From Octopus bimaculoides (Eukaryota), in the NCBI RefSeq assembly GCF_001194135.2, contig NC_068989.1, positions 38,259,637 to 38,322,993 on the forward strand: a DNA stretch of 63,357 nucleotides. Direction: 5' to 3'. Position 1 is the stretch's first letter; the number at the start of each line of letters is the position of its first letter. The position numbers and the translations under genes are program-made. Shown piece by piece: positions 1 to 13,909 of the stretch. Below the pieces are notes generated by a model that was given only the letters and a program-made list of their open reading frames with translations, was not told the DNA's origin and did not search any database.

Positions 1-380
1 ATTTATTTATTTTTGAAGGAAGAAAGGCAAAATCAATTTAAATAAATAAAGGATGTAGCTGGAACATAAAGAGGCATGACCAAATGCTGTTTTTGCAGAA
101 TGCTCTACTGATTGTGCATTCTCCCACAACTATATATCAAATCAACAAGGAAGATAACAAAAGACTCAACTTCTTGATCACTTGACTGGTTAGGAATATC
201 AGCTAAATTTTCATCAAGTCACACCTCATCATCTCAGAAAAGGACTCATTAGATAGTCTAGTCTAAGGTTCCCATGTTTATAGGAAAGAGATGAAATAGT
301 CATAGCTGAAATGCCTTTTATCACTGTCTGGTTGATCAAGGCTGAACTAGGGTTACATAACAGCAACAGCGCACGCGCTC

Positions 381-381
381 G

Positions 382-419
<38 letters not shown>

Positions 420-429
420 NNNNNNNNNN

Positions 430-462
<33 letters not shown>

Positions 463-478
463 ACACGCACACACACAC
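381..478. repeat. (CA)n microsatellite containing an assembly gap
   Basis: Direct reading; N-run at 420-429. The ORFs at 229-474 and 311-532 are artefacts of it. Confidence 0.95.
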
Positions 479-1689
479 TTGACAGGATTCTACACATTTT
501 CCATCCACTATACTTTTCTCTTAAAGCTTTGATGGACAGGAGACTATGGGAAAATTTGCTATATGCTTTAAAGAATGACTGCTAAAAATACTCAAGAACT
601 TTAAAAAAATTAAATTGGCAATATAATGTAATGAGCCAAAATATTTTAATAAGTTTTAAAAAGAATGCAGTGGAAACTGAGTCAGATTTTGGTAGTATGA
701 TAGTAATTCATGATGTTTAGGTTTATTAGATCTCTTGAGCATATTCAAACTTGTAATGCCAGAAGATATCTAAAATTTTAGATATCTTCACACTGAGTTG
801 TGTGACAAAATAATGATTGCACGAAAAATACTCTGAGACACTTGCTGCATAAAAAACCGATTGCAAAGTGAACTGTAAATTTTATATATTTTTGCTTTGT
901 TAACATTGGTTATATTATTCTTCACTGACTAAGTCAATAAGGCTGAAAATATCTGGAGTTGTTACTGTGCCGCCAAATCTTGGGTGTACTACCCACTGCT
1001 TTCTCATTTTAAGAAATTTAAATCCTGAAATTTATCTCCCCTTCCTTTCTTGACAGTAATGAATAATTAGGCTAATGATTTTTATTGTGGATGTAATTTT
1101 AATTGAAAACATTTTTTGTTTACTACATTTCATACACTAGTCCCATCCTAGCTGGTATGTTTTATCTAACATCATATTAGGTTTATCATATTTGGTTGCT
1201 TCTCTCTATTTTCCCAAATCAACACTATATTCTGTAGTAGGATGTTTATAAGGTGTATAGATACTTTTGCTTTCCATATTAACAACCCACAAGTTATTAT
1301 TTTCTTTTCTTATACTGTTTTCTCACTTTAGTGAAGTTTACTGTTTCAGAATCAGTCATATTAGTCATACTTCTTTGATAGAAGTTAAAATGAATTTCAT
1401 GTTTCTTTGTAAAGGTAGTCTATTTCTTTTTCTAACTCTTGCTTTTAAGATGTTGTCGTTGTTGTTGTCCAATTTTCTACAGAAAGATGTCCTCAAGCAA
1501 CTTCTGTTTGATTAGTTATAATATTTGTTTTCTTTAACATAAGTTAGATTTATTGTGTTTATTTTATTATCATATCGAAGAGGACAGTTGAGTTGTAATA
1601 TTACCTCTCCATTTAGAGGGAAAAAATACTGTAAATTGCTATTTCTTATTTATTTATTTATCTATTTTATTTTATTTCTGCCTTCACAG

Positions 1690-2067
1690 CAGAAACTCTT
1701 TGCAATGCCGTTATTGGTTGACAGGAATTCAAATAGGAATATTTTGAGTATTCAGTACAATTGTCCAAATAATAGTAACATTTACAAGGACAAAAATTAT
1801 AATACTTATAACGAAAACGTTACCAGTAATGAGGACATATGTGATAAAGAAAACATGTACACTATTACTTGTTCTACTAAAAATAGCAGCCAAATTTCTC
1901 TCAAATCACATCCTATCATCTTAAAAATAAGAACACATGTAAGAGAATGTAGTCATAGTTATACAAACAACGAAGGGATGGTCATGAGTGGAGTGACTTA
2001 CTCAGTCAAGGCTATCATGATAGAAAGTTCACAGGGGAAAGATATTTCATGCTGTATCTGCATGTAA
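1690..2067 (+). CDS. Candidate terminal exon / open frame, Asn-rich, no recognisable domain
   Basis: Pyrimidine tract tttatttctgccttcacag ending at 1689, then 125 open codons (QKLFAMPLLVDRNSNRN...CCICM*). Longest non-repeat ORF in the window; no homology recognised. Confidence 0.2.
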   Translation, partial: QKLFAMPLLVDRNSNRNILSIQYNCPNNSNIYKDKNYNTYNENVTSNEDICDKENMYTITCSTKNSSQISLKSHPIILKIRTHVRECSHSYTNNEGMVMSGVTYSVKAIMIESSQGKDISCCICM

Positions 2068-2903
2068 CATTGAATTGGAAAATTGAAAGAGTGGCAACTA
2101 TAGAAAAAATGATAGGAGTGCCATCCTGAAAAGAAATACCTTGTAAATAGGAAAAATAAGAAAAAACATTCAGGTGGACCTCATGAATGTTGTGTAGCCT
2201 CAAATAAACTCTGTGATTCAGCTGACACCATTGCTCATTTCTAGTTTGAAGTGTTTGAACTTTGATGGATTTATTTTTTATATCTCTGTTGCAGTAATGT
2301 AATGGTTGAATATCAGAAGGCTGAGTACATTTTTGTCTTCTTTCATTACAATATTTGAGTGATTCACTCTGGTTTCCCAATCAGTCTAGATGAAAATGTG
2401 AATCCCAGAGTGTCAGAGCCATGTCATTGCCTCATACTAGCATTGGAGCTTGCTTGTACTATTTATTTTCAATTGTAACTATTGCCCAAAGAATATATCT
2501 ACTTGCTCAGTCAATTTGCTGAGTAAATTATCTTCATGAAGACTGGAAAGTTGACGTAAGTCTTTTGTTCAAGTATTTTATTTTGGTAGCTCTATGTTGT
2601 TTGCCATTCATGTTTTGGTAGATAAAATCAAAATCTTCCATTTCTGTGTTTTAGTCCAGAGCTTTTAAGCCATCATTGGCTTCCATAATGGATCACTTCT
2701 TATCTGTCAAATCTTGCAGAATATACTGACCCTAAGCAGGATTTTCTTTCCTTCTTGTTCATTAGTTTTATTTATTTATGTATTTTTGAGTTTTGGTTTA
2801 AATTTATCATTTTTTTATTTCTTTTGTTACATTCCCTGGTCGTTTTGTCTTTATCTAAATCTATTTTGTTGAGGTATTAAGCTTCTAATGTGTATCATAC
2901 TGT

Positions 2904-2952
<49 letters not shown>

Positions 2953-4724
2953 CATGCAAAGAGAGAGGATATCTTTTGTAGTATTTTGAGTTTAATTAAT
3001 TTGTCTTTTTTTATGGTAGCTTTGAGACACATTTGTTGTATGTTGAATCTAAATCTGATATTCATTTTGAAATTGCTGCTGAATTCATTCCCCATTAATT
3101 GTAGTTTCTCTTTTATTTTTGAAATCACAAGAACATGATTTATAGTTTGTCTGCAGCATTTGTAACCATTGATGGTTTGATGTAGTAAATATGTTTATTC
3201 AGTGCTAGACAACAATGTAATGAAGACTAATTTCTTTTTCTTACAAGGATAGGGCCACTTTATCTTCTGTCATCATGAATTGTTAATGATATTTTCCATT
3301 TTACCATGACATTGTTGATATACTGTTGCAGTACCAGGGTTGTTTTGTTGATGTACAATGTCTCCACTACTTAGAAGTGAGACTATTCAGATAGTGGTTT
3401 CTCAATCCATGCCATGCTTAGATCTTTGTTTCTCAATTAGTTGTTTTCAATAACTGCTCAGTTTTAACAAAAATTCTTTTTAATTCCATGTTTTATCAGC
3501 AACACTCTTTCAGCTCTTCTGACATGATACTCTCATCCAAGAAATTATACATATCAAGATTTTGTGTATTGTTGGTTAACAAGTTACTTGTCAGCACTTT
3601 AGAAGATGACTGATGTTTTTGATTTTGTTAATTTAATATTTTCGTTTCTAGATATTATTTTTGTTTGCTTCACAAGTATATGGTTTGGGGTTTGATCCCA
3701 CTGTGTTGAATCTTGAACAAAAGTCTTCTAAAAAAGTAGTGAGTTGTGAATGAAATTTGACTGATGGAAATTGCATAGAAGTCTGTCGACTACTCCTCTT
3801 CACCTGAGGAAGACTTAATTCATTGCCTAATACAACACCAACACCTGCCCTTTTGGTGTCCTTAACCATGACTCACTGTGAACCAGTTTCTACATCATCA
3901 CCTGTCTTTTAGGTGTCCTTAGCATTTCACTGTTACAAAACGTTAGGCTAGGTCTCTACTCTGATCATAATTTTTACCTTTCCTCCCACTAGTCTCAGTA
4001 ATCATAGACACTGCCCTTCTTCTTCTAGGACATTAAAAAAATAAGCGAATAAAAATCTGACTAAACTAGTGTCATGCACCTTCAAGTCTCAGATAACAAT
4101 CCCAGTAGCACAACATCCTAACAAGTTTATGCACCTTCTAAAATACTACTGGATTGAACAGCATAATGGCTTCTTGAACAATGCATTTTATTTCACATGG
4201 CTCCTCCTATCTTTTCTCTTTAAAATGAATACCAGCCCAAGTGCTGATGCTCCTGCTATCACATCCTGGATATTCTATTGGTACAAGTATGAGAGGACAT
4301 CTGTCCCTGCTTGTGACGACATAAGCGCTGAAAACAATTATCAATGCTACAAAATCATACTTGTGTTTGACACCTATGCCACTATTCAGTAACTTTTACT
4401 CTGACCTTGTCAAACAATTTCATAAACTATTGTTCTTTCATCATTGTTGTATTTTTCTCAACAGTATTAATGTTTAGTCATTGTCTCCAACATTTAGCAG
4501 TCGTATTTTAGTATTAATATTTTGTGAATGTTATGGCTTGTTCAGATATTAGAATTTTAGAATAGCTGTTATAAGGTGCTTAATGTAAAATTCCACCTTT
4601 AGCAGATTAAAACTCATTAGTTGTTTAAAAAATTCAGTTACTGTTAATATATCATTTTAGTTTATTCATCCACGCACACACACACACACACACACACACG
4701 CAGGCACGCACGCATGCGCACGCC

Positions 4725-4769
<45 letters not shown>

Positions 4770-4810
4770 NNNNNNNNNNNNNNNNNNNNNNNNNNNNNNN
4801 NNNNNNNGCA

Positions 4811-4843
<33 letters not shown>

Positions 4844-5893
4844 AGCAGATGATTAAACCTATGTGAGACTTTTCTCAGGTTTAAAATGTGATATTGTTTT
4901 TGTTATCTATATTCCAAAGATGCAGCTTTATATCTTTGTTAGAAACAAGCTCCTTCTTCAGAGGAAGAATTTAAATAATTAAATACAGAAGAGACATACG
5001 TACATATACGTATGTGTATGTATATATATATATATATATATATCAATAAAATAGGGCTTAAACCAAGATAAGAGAAATCTAGTTATTGATTCTGTTTCTA
5101 CCTTTCTTTCTCATTAACTATTTATCTCTTCTACAAGTAAATAAAATTAATTTTGCTTTCAGTTTTAATGATTCATATTTATGATTATTCATATTCTGGA
5201 TTTGAATCACTTTGTGGATTTTCGTTTCATCCTGTTAGTGTTGTTACAATAAGAAATGGCAGCCATCTTAAATAAGGAAAGTACACATTAGATAATGTAG
5301 TCCTAGGCATAGCATCAAAAAATATAGTACATTTGCAACTGGAGTATCTTTACTCATAGGTCTGCATAATCAGTCATGACTAGTGGCTAAGCAAAATTTA
5401 GCAACAAGAAGGGCATCTGATCATATAGTTTCTTCCAAACCATACCCAAAGGGAAAGGCAGATATAAAAATGATGATGTGTACCTGCATGCGTGTGAGCA
5501 TCATTTTCCATCTACTTTCCACCTTGGTGTTAATTGTGCAGATCGTCACAATCCAAGTCAATTTATATTTCGTCTGTTTAACCACTTAGTTGGGCTGTTG
5601 GGCCACATGTCACTTGTACACTTCATTTTTAGTTTAGTTTCTACAGCTGGATACCCGCCCTATGATTAACCATCTGGTGTCTATTTATTGCATTTTGTTG
5701 TGACACCATCATTAGAGAGGTTTTCATATCCTTCACAAAACTAAAGGATGTCAGGAGGGATTTAGTTTAAGTTAGTTCAGAACAATCCCTTGTTATATGG
5801 CATAGTGCATTGAGAAAAAAAAAGGTGAGTGCTGGAGAGATAAGGAATCAAACGGGTGAGGGAAGCAGCAGCAAATGTAACCTTGACTGCGTA

Positions 5894-5960
<67 letters not shown>

Positions 5961-6183
5961 GTCAGATGGGACCTTGATGAATGCCATGAGGCATGAAATT
6001 ATACTAGCCCTTATATATTTAATACTCTATATTTAATACTCAATATTTCATATATTCAATAAGATATTCAATACTTCATTTCATTTTACTATTTATATTA
6101 TATATTCCATATTCTATATCCCACATTAATTTTATAAGAATATAAATAAAACATAAAAAACAGACAGAGTTGGAACTTTTTTA

Positions 6184-6226
<43 letters not shown>

Positions 6227-6231
6227 TATAA

Positions 6232-6480
6232 CATTATTCCATGATGGTAACACAATCTCCTAGAAAAATAATGTGCCGATTCTCACGGCTAATGTTATTT
6301 AAAATTGGTATGAAGAGCACAAAAGTGAAGAAGACCACTTGAGTTGCTCCATCCCTACTTCCGATTATGGACCTCAATATAATCGAAGCCTTTATGGTGC
6401 ATTTTGCTGCAGGAACTGAGGAGCTGCTCCTTTCCACCATCTTCGCTGAAAGAATTGCTCAAAAATCCTCCTAAGAACAC
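6232..6480 (+). pseudogene. Tc1-like transposase C-terminal remnant (stops and frameshifts)
   Basis: Frame-shifted translation LFHDGNTIS*KNNVPILTANVI*NWYEEHKSE...DLNIIE...FPPSSLKEL matches the Tc1 motifs FQDDNAPIHT, W..(SP)DLNIIE and PP.SLKEL. Confidence 0.75.
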
Positions 6481-6630
6481 TTTATTTTTATGGTTGGGTT
6501 CCAACGAGCCCGGACTGTAGCAACAAGGTCCACTCTCCACACTTCTAGATCCAACATCACAACTTCGAGGTCCTGGATACATTTCAGGCCAGTGTCTGTG
6601 ATCAAATTGCCGATGTAAATTTCATATATT

Positions 6631-6779
6631 CTGAGTGGTTGGCGTTAGGAAGGGCATCCAGCTGTAGAAACTCTGCCAAATCAGATTGGAGCCTGGTGTA
6701 GCCATCTGGTTTCACCAATCCTTAGTTAAATCGTCCAACCCATGCTAGCATGGAAAGCAGACGTTAAACGACGACAACG
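6631..6779 (+). mobile_element. Family C repeat, 3' fragment (RTE-tail-like retroposon)
   Basis: gagtggttggcgttaggaagggcatccagctgtagaaac...ggaaagcagacgttaaacga is nearly identical to 29096-29235 and 56352-56490. Confidence 0.85.
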
Positions 6780-7680
6780 TTTACACACACACACATATAT
6801 ACTTAATGTAAGTATATATATAATGTGGAGAGCTGTCCAGACTCCAATTGTCTGTTGTGGCATGGTTTTTATGGTTGGATACCCTTTCTAACTCCAGTCA
6901 CTTTACAGAGTGTGCTGGGTGCCTATTACATGCCACCAGTATGGGTGTGTTTATGCAGCACTGGCATCAATGTGCATTTTTTGTGGTACCAGCACGTTAA
7001 AGTACAAGCCAGTATGTATGATAAGTGATTTTACTTAGCTTGATGTGTCTTCTCAAGTACAGCAAATCGCTTCCCAGTCCCTAACTATATATATTACCTT
7101 GTATGTGGGTTGGACCAAGGCTAAGAATGTTTGTTAGAAGTGTATATGTGTCCATATATAAATGAATATATGTAGGTATATTCTATTTTACTTATGTCTG
7201 TATATTATATTCTCTTTCATTTTATTTAACTTTATCATATTGTATTGTCTATTTCTGTTTTTATAAACAGTTAGAAAGTGTATATAAGAAGTGTAGATAT
7301 GTGTGTATACAAATAGATATCTGCATGTATCTTTATTTTCGTTTACTTTCTTTATATCTTTAGAAATAGTACGTGTGCAAAGAGTGTATATGTGTGCATA
7401 TATAAATAGATATATGTATATATATTTCATTTTGCTTTATTATACTATTTCTTTCCTGGCTTATAATAAGTAAGAATGTAAGAAGTATATAAACGAGCAT
7501 ATAAAGATGGATACACGTGTGTATTGTTTTTTTTTATATGTGTGCATGTATGTGTATATACATGTGTGGATATATAGAAATATACATATTACATTGTATG
7601 TGGGTTAGACTTTCAACTCAACATATATTGTTATTGATATAAACTGTGAAAACAGAAAGAATATTAGTAAAAAGCATACA

Positions 7681-7758
<78 letters not shown>

Positions 7759-8377
7759 TAAGTGAGTATATGGAAGGATATACATATATATATATATCGC
7801 AGAATCCTTTGTGTTTTTGTTTTTATTTTTGCATTTACAATTTATATATATATATATATATATATGGTGGTGGGGAGGGTTAAAGATATCTACTTGCTCA
7901 TTTTTTTTTCTGTTTCAAAACAGCATATAAAAATTAGACAGTCATAAATAACTTTAGGCTGATTTGAGGGTAGAATGAAGTCAGTTGTTTTGTTGCAAAA
8001 GACAGAGGGTAACTTAGATCCCCCCACCAAAAAAAAGAAAGAATACAAGCAGTTGACAAGTACTGAAATGGTCAGTCATCATCACTTTATCACTTTATAT
8101 CTCTAAATGCTTAAGTTAATTCTTCATTTTATTCTTTATTATGTTTAAGACTTCTTTATAACCTGACCATTAAGACTAAATTGTAATTTATAGTCAACCT
8201 GAGTATTTTTTTGTCTATTTCTTTATATCTGTATTTTTTATTTTGGTTATAATCGTATTTTGTCTGTCCCTATATCTACCAGTTTAGTTTCGTCTGTAAA
8301 CTACTGGAAATGATACATCACTTTGGGTATGTATTCTCACATTGAGTTAAATGATCTAATGGACTTATTTAAACAAT

Positions 8378-8476
8378 CACCTGAGGAGGCACATTTTGCA
8401 CCTTAGCTGGACGATAATGATTACATATCTCATCAATGTACTACAAGTATAAAAATGCATCAAAACAGTTGTAGTG
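8378..8476 (+). ncRNA. Degenerate type I hammerhead motif in a Penelope-like pLTR remnant
   Basis: CAC-CTGAGGA-GGCACATTTTGCAC...GTATAAAAATGCATC-AAAAC-AGTTGTA-GTG. Stem I is CAC/GTG, stem III is the near-palindrome ACAGTTGT, the triplet is GUA, GAAA has decayed to AAAA, and AATAAA follows. Confidence 0.5.
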
Positions 8477-8823
8477 GTTTTTAAATAAATATCATTGTAT
8501 ATTCAATTTTCTATCATGTATCTATTTATATAAATTCTATGGATACTATGGAATTCCTGATTTCTATCCAGTAGCAGGAGCATTTCCACTATATGATATT
8601 AGGTAGCCAATAACTGTGGACAAGCTTTGCATAGCATTTTACAAGGTTTTTAACCTAAATCTTATTTAACTAAAAGATATAAAGATATCATCATCATATA
8701 TTCGTGTGCGTATAATTACTCACATACATTGTTTGCTTATATGAAGTTTTTTTTATTAATTGTATCAATTACATTTCTACATTTAATAAAATTATATGTA
8801 GTTTTGATACTTTGGTATATATA

Positions 8824-8990
8824 GGCGCAGGAGTGGCTGTGTGGTAAGTAGCTTGCTTACCAACCACATAGTTCTGGGTTCAGTCCCACTGCGTGGCATC
8901 TTGGGCAAGTGTCTTCTACTATAGCCTCGGGCCGACCAAAGCCTTGTGAGTGGATTTGGTAGACGGAAACGGAAAGAAGCCCGTCATATA
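8824..8990 (+). mobile_element. Family A tRNA-derived SINE, young 5' part running into (TA)n and a gap
   Basis: Head ggcgcaggagTGGCTGTGTGG (A box), GGTTCAGTCCC (B-box-like), body ttgggcaagtgtcttctactatagcctcgggccgaccaaagccttgtgagtggatttggtagacggaaac; many diverged copies in the window. Confidence 0.9.
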
Positions 8991-9035
<45 letters not shown>

Positions 9036-9539
9036 NNNNNNNNNNNNNNNNNNNNNNNNNNNNNNNNNNNNNNNNNNNNNNNNNNNNNNNNNNNNNNNNN
9101 NNNNNNNNNNNNNNNNNNNNNNNNNNNNNNNNNNNNNNNNNNNNNNNNNNNNNNNNNNNNNNNNNNNNNNNNNNNNNNNNNNNNNNNNNNNNNNNNNNNN
9201 NNNNNNNNNNNNNNNNNNNNNNNNNNNNNNNNNNNNNNNNNNNNNNNNNNNNNNNNNNNNNNNNNNNNNNNNNNNNNNNNNNNNNNNNNNNNNNNNNNNN
9301 NNNNNNNNNNNNNNNNNNNNNNNNNNNNNNNNNNNNNNNNNNNNNNNNNNNNNNNNNNNNNNNNNNNNNNNNNNNNNNNNNNNNNNNNNNNNNNNNNNNN
9401 NNNNNNNNNNNNNNNNNNNNNNNNNNNNNNNNNNNNNNNNNNNNNNNNNNNNNNNNNNNNNNNNNNNNNNNNNNNNNNNNNNNNNNNNNNNNNNNNNNNN
9501 NNNNNNNNNNNNNNNNNNNNNNNNNNNNNNNNNNNNNNN
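9036..9539. other. Assembly gap (N-run); others at 4770-4807, 17284-17341, 23778-23787, 31977-32016, 32844-33118, 45673-45973, 48987-49887, 52492-52552
   Basis: N characters; the long X-filled ORFs in the track are artefacts. Confidence 0.99.
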
Positions 9540-10109
9540 TCCATTTCTCTCTCTCCCTTTTCAAACTTTCTTCTCTGTTTTATTTCTTCTATTGCTTGCT
9601 AGACAGTTAAATATCTGGTACATAGCGATGCTGGAGAGCAGCTTCTGTTGCTGACTGTTTATTCATTTTAAAATTATAGAAGATAGCTTGTAATGAAGAC
9701 CACCTTTTGATTTGTTTATGATAATAGCGTTGGAGGGACACCAACTACAGTGATGAACATTGCGTATTTTCTTTGTATTGCCGTGGAAAATTTATTGAAA
9801 TGGAAAGTGCAAGTTTAAAAAAAAATGATTATGCGTTACGTATTTAAGACATTAAAGTTAGCTAAAAATAATACCCCCCCCCCCAAAAAAAAAATATAGT
9901 CTCAGTGTATTATATTATTTTATAGACTGGAGCTATATACATTGCCCTGCTGTCAAGGGTCTTAATCAATTCTTTCAACCTCAGTATGTAGTGTGGTATA
10001 CATTTTCTTGATTTATATCTTCTTTTATGGCTGCTTTAACTGATTTAAATCTGAGTGTTACATCATTTGTACGAACTTAATTACAACAAGGCATTGGTAC
10101 TGCTTTACA

Positions 10110-10275
10110 TAAACATACATGATGGGTTTCCTGTACAATTTTCACCTACCAAATTTTCAGTTAATCTATTGTTCAAGTCAAGGGTTCATATGAGACACAA
10201 TTGTCCAATGTATTGCCATATCATAGGATTAAACCCCGAACCACACAGTTGCCAAACAGACTTCTTAGCCACACA
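10110..10275 (-). mobile_element. Family A SINE, diverged
   Basis: Reverse-complement similarity to 8824-8990 (ctaccaaattttc..., aaaccccgaaccacacagtt...ttagccacac). Confidence 0.65.
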
Positions 10276-13200
10276 AACATGTCTGTTCCCATATTCAAGA
10301 TTGTCTAAAGTTTTATACCCAAATGATTTATACATTATAATATTTTTATACAGTTGTAAACTTTGTAGTGCTAGCTTTGGATGCTTACACTTGGCTCTAG
10401 ATGCAAATACAATTCTTATTTCTTCAGGAACATTAAAGAACAAATATCACTGAGACAGTATTGGATTATTTATAGTTTCACCTGGAGAAGACTGCATGAC
10501 AAAATATTATATTCATCAGAAAATGTCATAAACCTATTGTTTCAGAAAAATTGAGAGCAGAACCATACAAACCTATCCTACTCCTAGCTTTACCAAATAA
10601 CACAGCAATTAAATATGTATAACAAGTTGGTAAATTACCAAAGTAATACAAGTTTGTCATAGGGATATGATAACAACTGCTTCATTTTGCCTCATCACTA
10701 GATTGTCTGACCACAATCTAATCTTCCTATCACAGAAGGTATTTTAAGTCCGAAAACTGGTTGTGGCATCATCTGTTCTTGGTTGATTATCAATATATGT
10801 GCTTTATCTTTGACTCAAGAAGCTATGTTGGTAACTAAAACCATTCACATAGTTACATCCCTACCTTTTTGCATTCCATATATGATCATATGCCCCAATT
10901 TCAAAACTCATGGCTAATTCAATTACGTGTTGTTTATGAAAATTGGGTATTTTTCTTCTACAGTTGTAGATGTAACTTCTAAAAGATGATCATCAAAAAA
11001 ACTAAGAATGCTCTCATGCACCAGGTGACCTCCATGAAGTATGAAAGGGTGTTTAAGTAGTTTCCTTCTTCAATTCTTATATTAAAAGTCTTCTTTCTTC
11101 ACTATGTCACTCAACAAAGATGATCAATACCTAATATAATTGCAGTCCGTCAAATCCAATATTTGAACAGAACACACCTAAAACGCTGTAAGCTGCTACA
11201 AACGTTAGATCTCACGATTTTTGCTAATCTTTCCTAAACCCTAAAACAAGTAGCATTGCTGTAACCATATCACAAAGACTAAGATCCTGTAATAAGTTAT
11301 AAATTCCTCCAGATTTTCAGTATACCTGCAAGCATTTTTATAAATGTTCAAACTGAATATCAACATGGCATCCTTTAGTGTGATTAGACAGCAAACATAA
11401 GCAAATCTCTTCCTGAGATAAAAAATTATAAGTTGGTGCTCTTAAATCTGGCGTGCTAATATCTGATTATTCACACAGTCTGGTAGATCCCACAGTCTGG
11501 TAGATCCCACAATCCAGCATGTTTTGAATCAATCATCTAAAAATAATATTACATTGATATTGTATGAAATAATGATGTATCTAAATTACATCAAACAATG
11601 ATATATTTATATGATATCAAGCAATAATATATTACCTGACACGATAAAAACCTTGTGTGGAAGCATTGTTAGTTATATTATTTCCTGTTTTAAACTTTAT
11701 TCTACCTTTTGATATCATTATATATATATGGATTGAGATAACAAGAGTATTTTTGTGAAAGGGTTCCCTAAGGAGGCAATTTCTGTTTACAGGTAGTTTT
11801 TTGAAATTGAATAATGTCCAGATTTATAATGATTGCCAGATTTAAGATATCCAATCTATGATATTAAAAATTCAAACAGAAGATCAGAAAAGGAATAATG
11901 TATTCATGATAATCACCAGTTATATTTTATAAATATATATTTTCTGTCTTCATCTTTACTGCCTGTTACTCTCCTTTTAGATTCTTATGAATCTACCTAC
12001 CTACTCAACCATCTTCGATTCTCTGTCCGTATTCTCATTCTGTTCACTTTCTTATACCTTGAAGGTACTCTCTGGTACCTCATCTTTATCATCCTCTATT
12101 CCTTTCCTACTGGAGTAGCCATATATCTCCTCTACAGCAAGACACCTGTTCCTGTCCCTCTGTCCTACTTTAGCTTTCCTACACCTAGCACAAAGCCACC
12201 TCCCTTAATACTGCTCTCTGCTCTGTCTAGGGGTCCTGTTTTGATGATTTATTTGGTGACCTCACTAGTACTGGTGCCACAGAGGAAGGCACCTAGTACA
12301 TTCTGTAAAGTAGTTAGTATTAAGTAGAACATCCAGGCACAGAAACCTTGTCAAAAAAGACACCAGAAACCAACGAAGCCTTCAGGTCTGTTCGATCCTG
12401 TCAAACCACTCACTCTGTCAGCACAAAATGTGGACTTGAAATTATAATGATACCTTCATAAATACTGTGACAAGTGTTGTGAAGATGTAATTTGCTTCTT
12501 GACTTTTTGGACACTGTGTATCTAAGACTACACTATTCATTTTATGTTCCTTTTTAAAGGATTGTAGTTTAAAATTTGATGTAAATGCCATCGCAATTTC
12601 CAGCACGTTGAGTAACTCTGCAGAGGATTCCTCATTGGCTCATTGTAAGCAGATTTGTAATTGTTCAGCTATCTGCTCTTACTAAGCAAACCTATGATGT
12701 AAGGCATTCTAGCTGTGACCAACCTGTCTTTTAGGGATATTATCTATGATTGTATTAGCCAATGTGCTGGTGTTGTTACTTTTAGAAGGTTGAATAAACA
12801 CTGAGGTTTGCTTGTTGTTTCTAAATTTTAATCACCCTGAAAAAGAGTTTTTGTCTACAAATTACTTTGATAATCCTATTTAAGTTTTTCAGTTCACTGT
12901 ATTACATATGTGATCTCACATAAAAGTATGTAAAGATTATCTAAATTAGACAAGAAATACTGCTACAAATTTAGTCTTTTGCCATACTTGTTAAAACTAT
13001 ATCACTAGTCTGCTAGCTGATCTACAAGCTCAATATATGTATTCTGTATAATATAAATTCTTTACTGAATATAAAGTTTCACATTTTTATCCTATATTCT
13101 GATGTCAAAAAGGATGCCATAAGGAAATGTTAACACATTATGGAGATTTTTTTACCTTTCTCTTGTATTTTTCTGAGTACAATTCTGTAGTATCCTAAAC

Positions 13201-13463
13201 TTACTTTCATGCATGAGTTTGTTTCCTTCAGGCTTTGACTTCAATGGACATCAACAACATCAAACTAACAAATGTGATAAGGAGACAAACATTTTATGCA
13301 ATAAATTTTTGTCTTGCATTTAAAATTCAAATAGTGAAACCAAACAAGAAAATTAAAAAAATGACATATAAAGCAATGACTAAATCTTATGTTGTATATA
13401 AATATACTAAATATATGAATATTGTAAAAATATAGTAAGTATATAGTATACAATTATATATGT

Positions 13464-13680
13464 ATCCTTTCCACTATAGGCACAAGGCTTGAAATTTTGG
13501 GGGAGGGTGACTAGTTGATTACATTGACTCCAGTGTGTAACTGGTACTTAATTTATCGACCCTGAAAGGATGAAAGGCAAAGTCGACCTTGGTGGCATTT
13601 GAACTCATAATGTAAAGACAGACGAAATACCTCTAAGCTTTTCACCCAGTGTACTAACGACTCTGCCAGTTTGCTACCTT
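13464..13680 (-). mobile_element. Family B tRNA-derived SINE (alpha tail)
   Basis: Reverse complement of the 29612-29828 unit, with B box GAGTTCAAAT, core gtcgactttgcctttcatcctttcggggtcgataaa and tail aaatttcaagccttgtgcctatagtggaaagg. Confidence 0.85.
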
Positions 13681-13909
13681 ATATAGATATATATATATCA
13701 GGAAAGCTGTCATCAATTTTGTAATAGACTGATAAGATTTTAGTGAACTTGTGTTTTTCTGAGTTGGGAGCCACTTATGTTGATATGAGAAATATCCTTA
13801 TGAAAAACATGATAAACAATTCAGTTCTATATTTAAGAGATGAGGAATTATGTACATTATTTATATTATTTACATCTGATGGATATTTGTCCTTATCTTG
13901 TTTGTTGTT

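Noticed and set aside
120-270. KEDNKRLNFL resembling the Penelope RT motif E.N..L.FLD
   Set aside because: Too short and degenerate to support.
2015-2380. QGISFQDGTPIIF resembling the RT motif GIFQGD.LSP
   Set aside because: The flanking sequence does not continue the RT pattern (no downstream DD motif).
8857-9654. Long ORFs of 186-358 aa here and at 32751-33360, 45595-46083, 48858-50005
   Set aside because: They consist of N-gaps plus (TA)n/(CA)n translation.
13231-13323. Acceptor tttccttcag followed by a short open frame
   Set aside because: No donor, no recognisable product; expected by chance.
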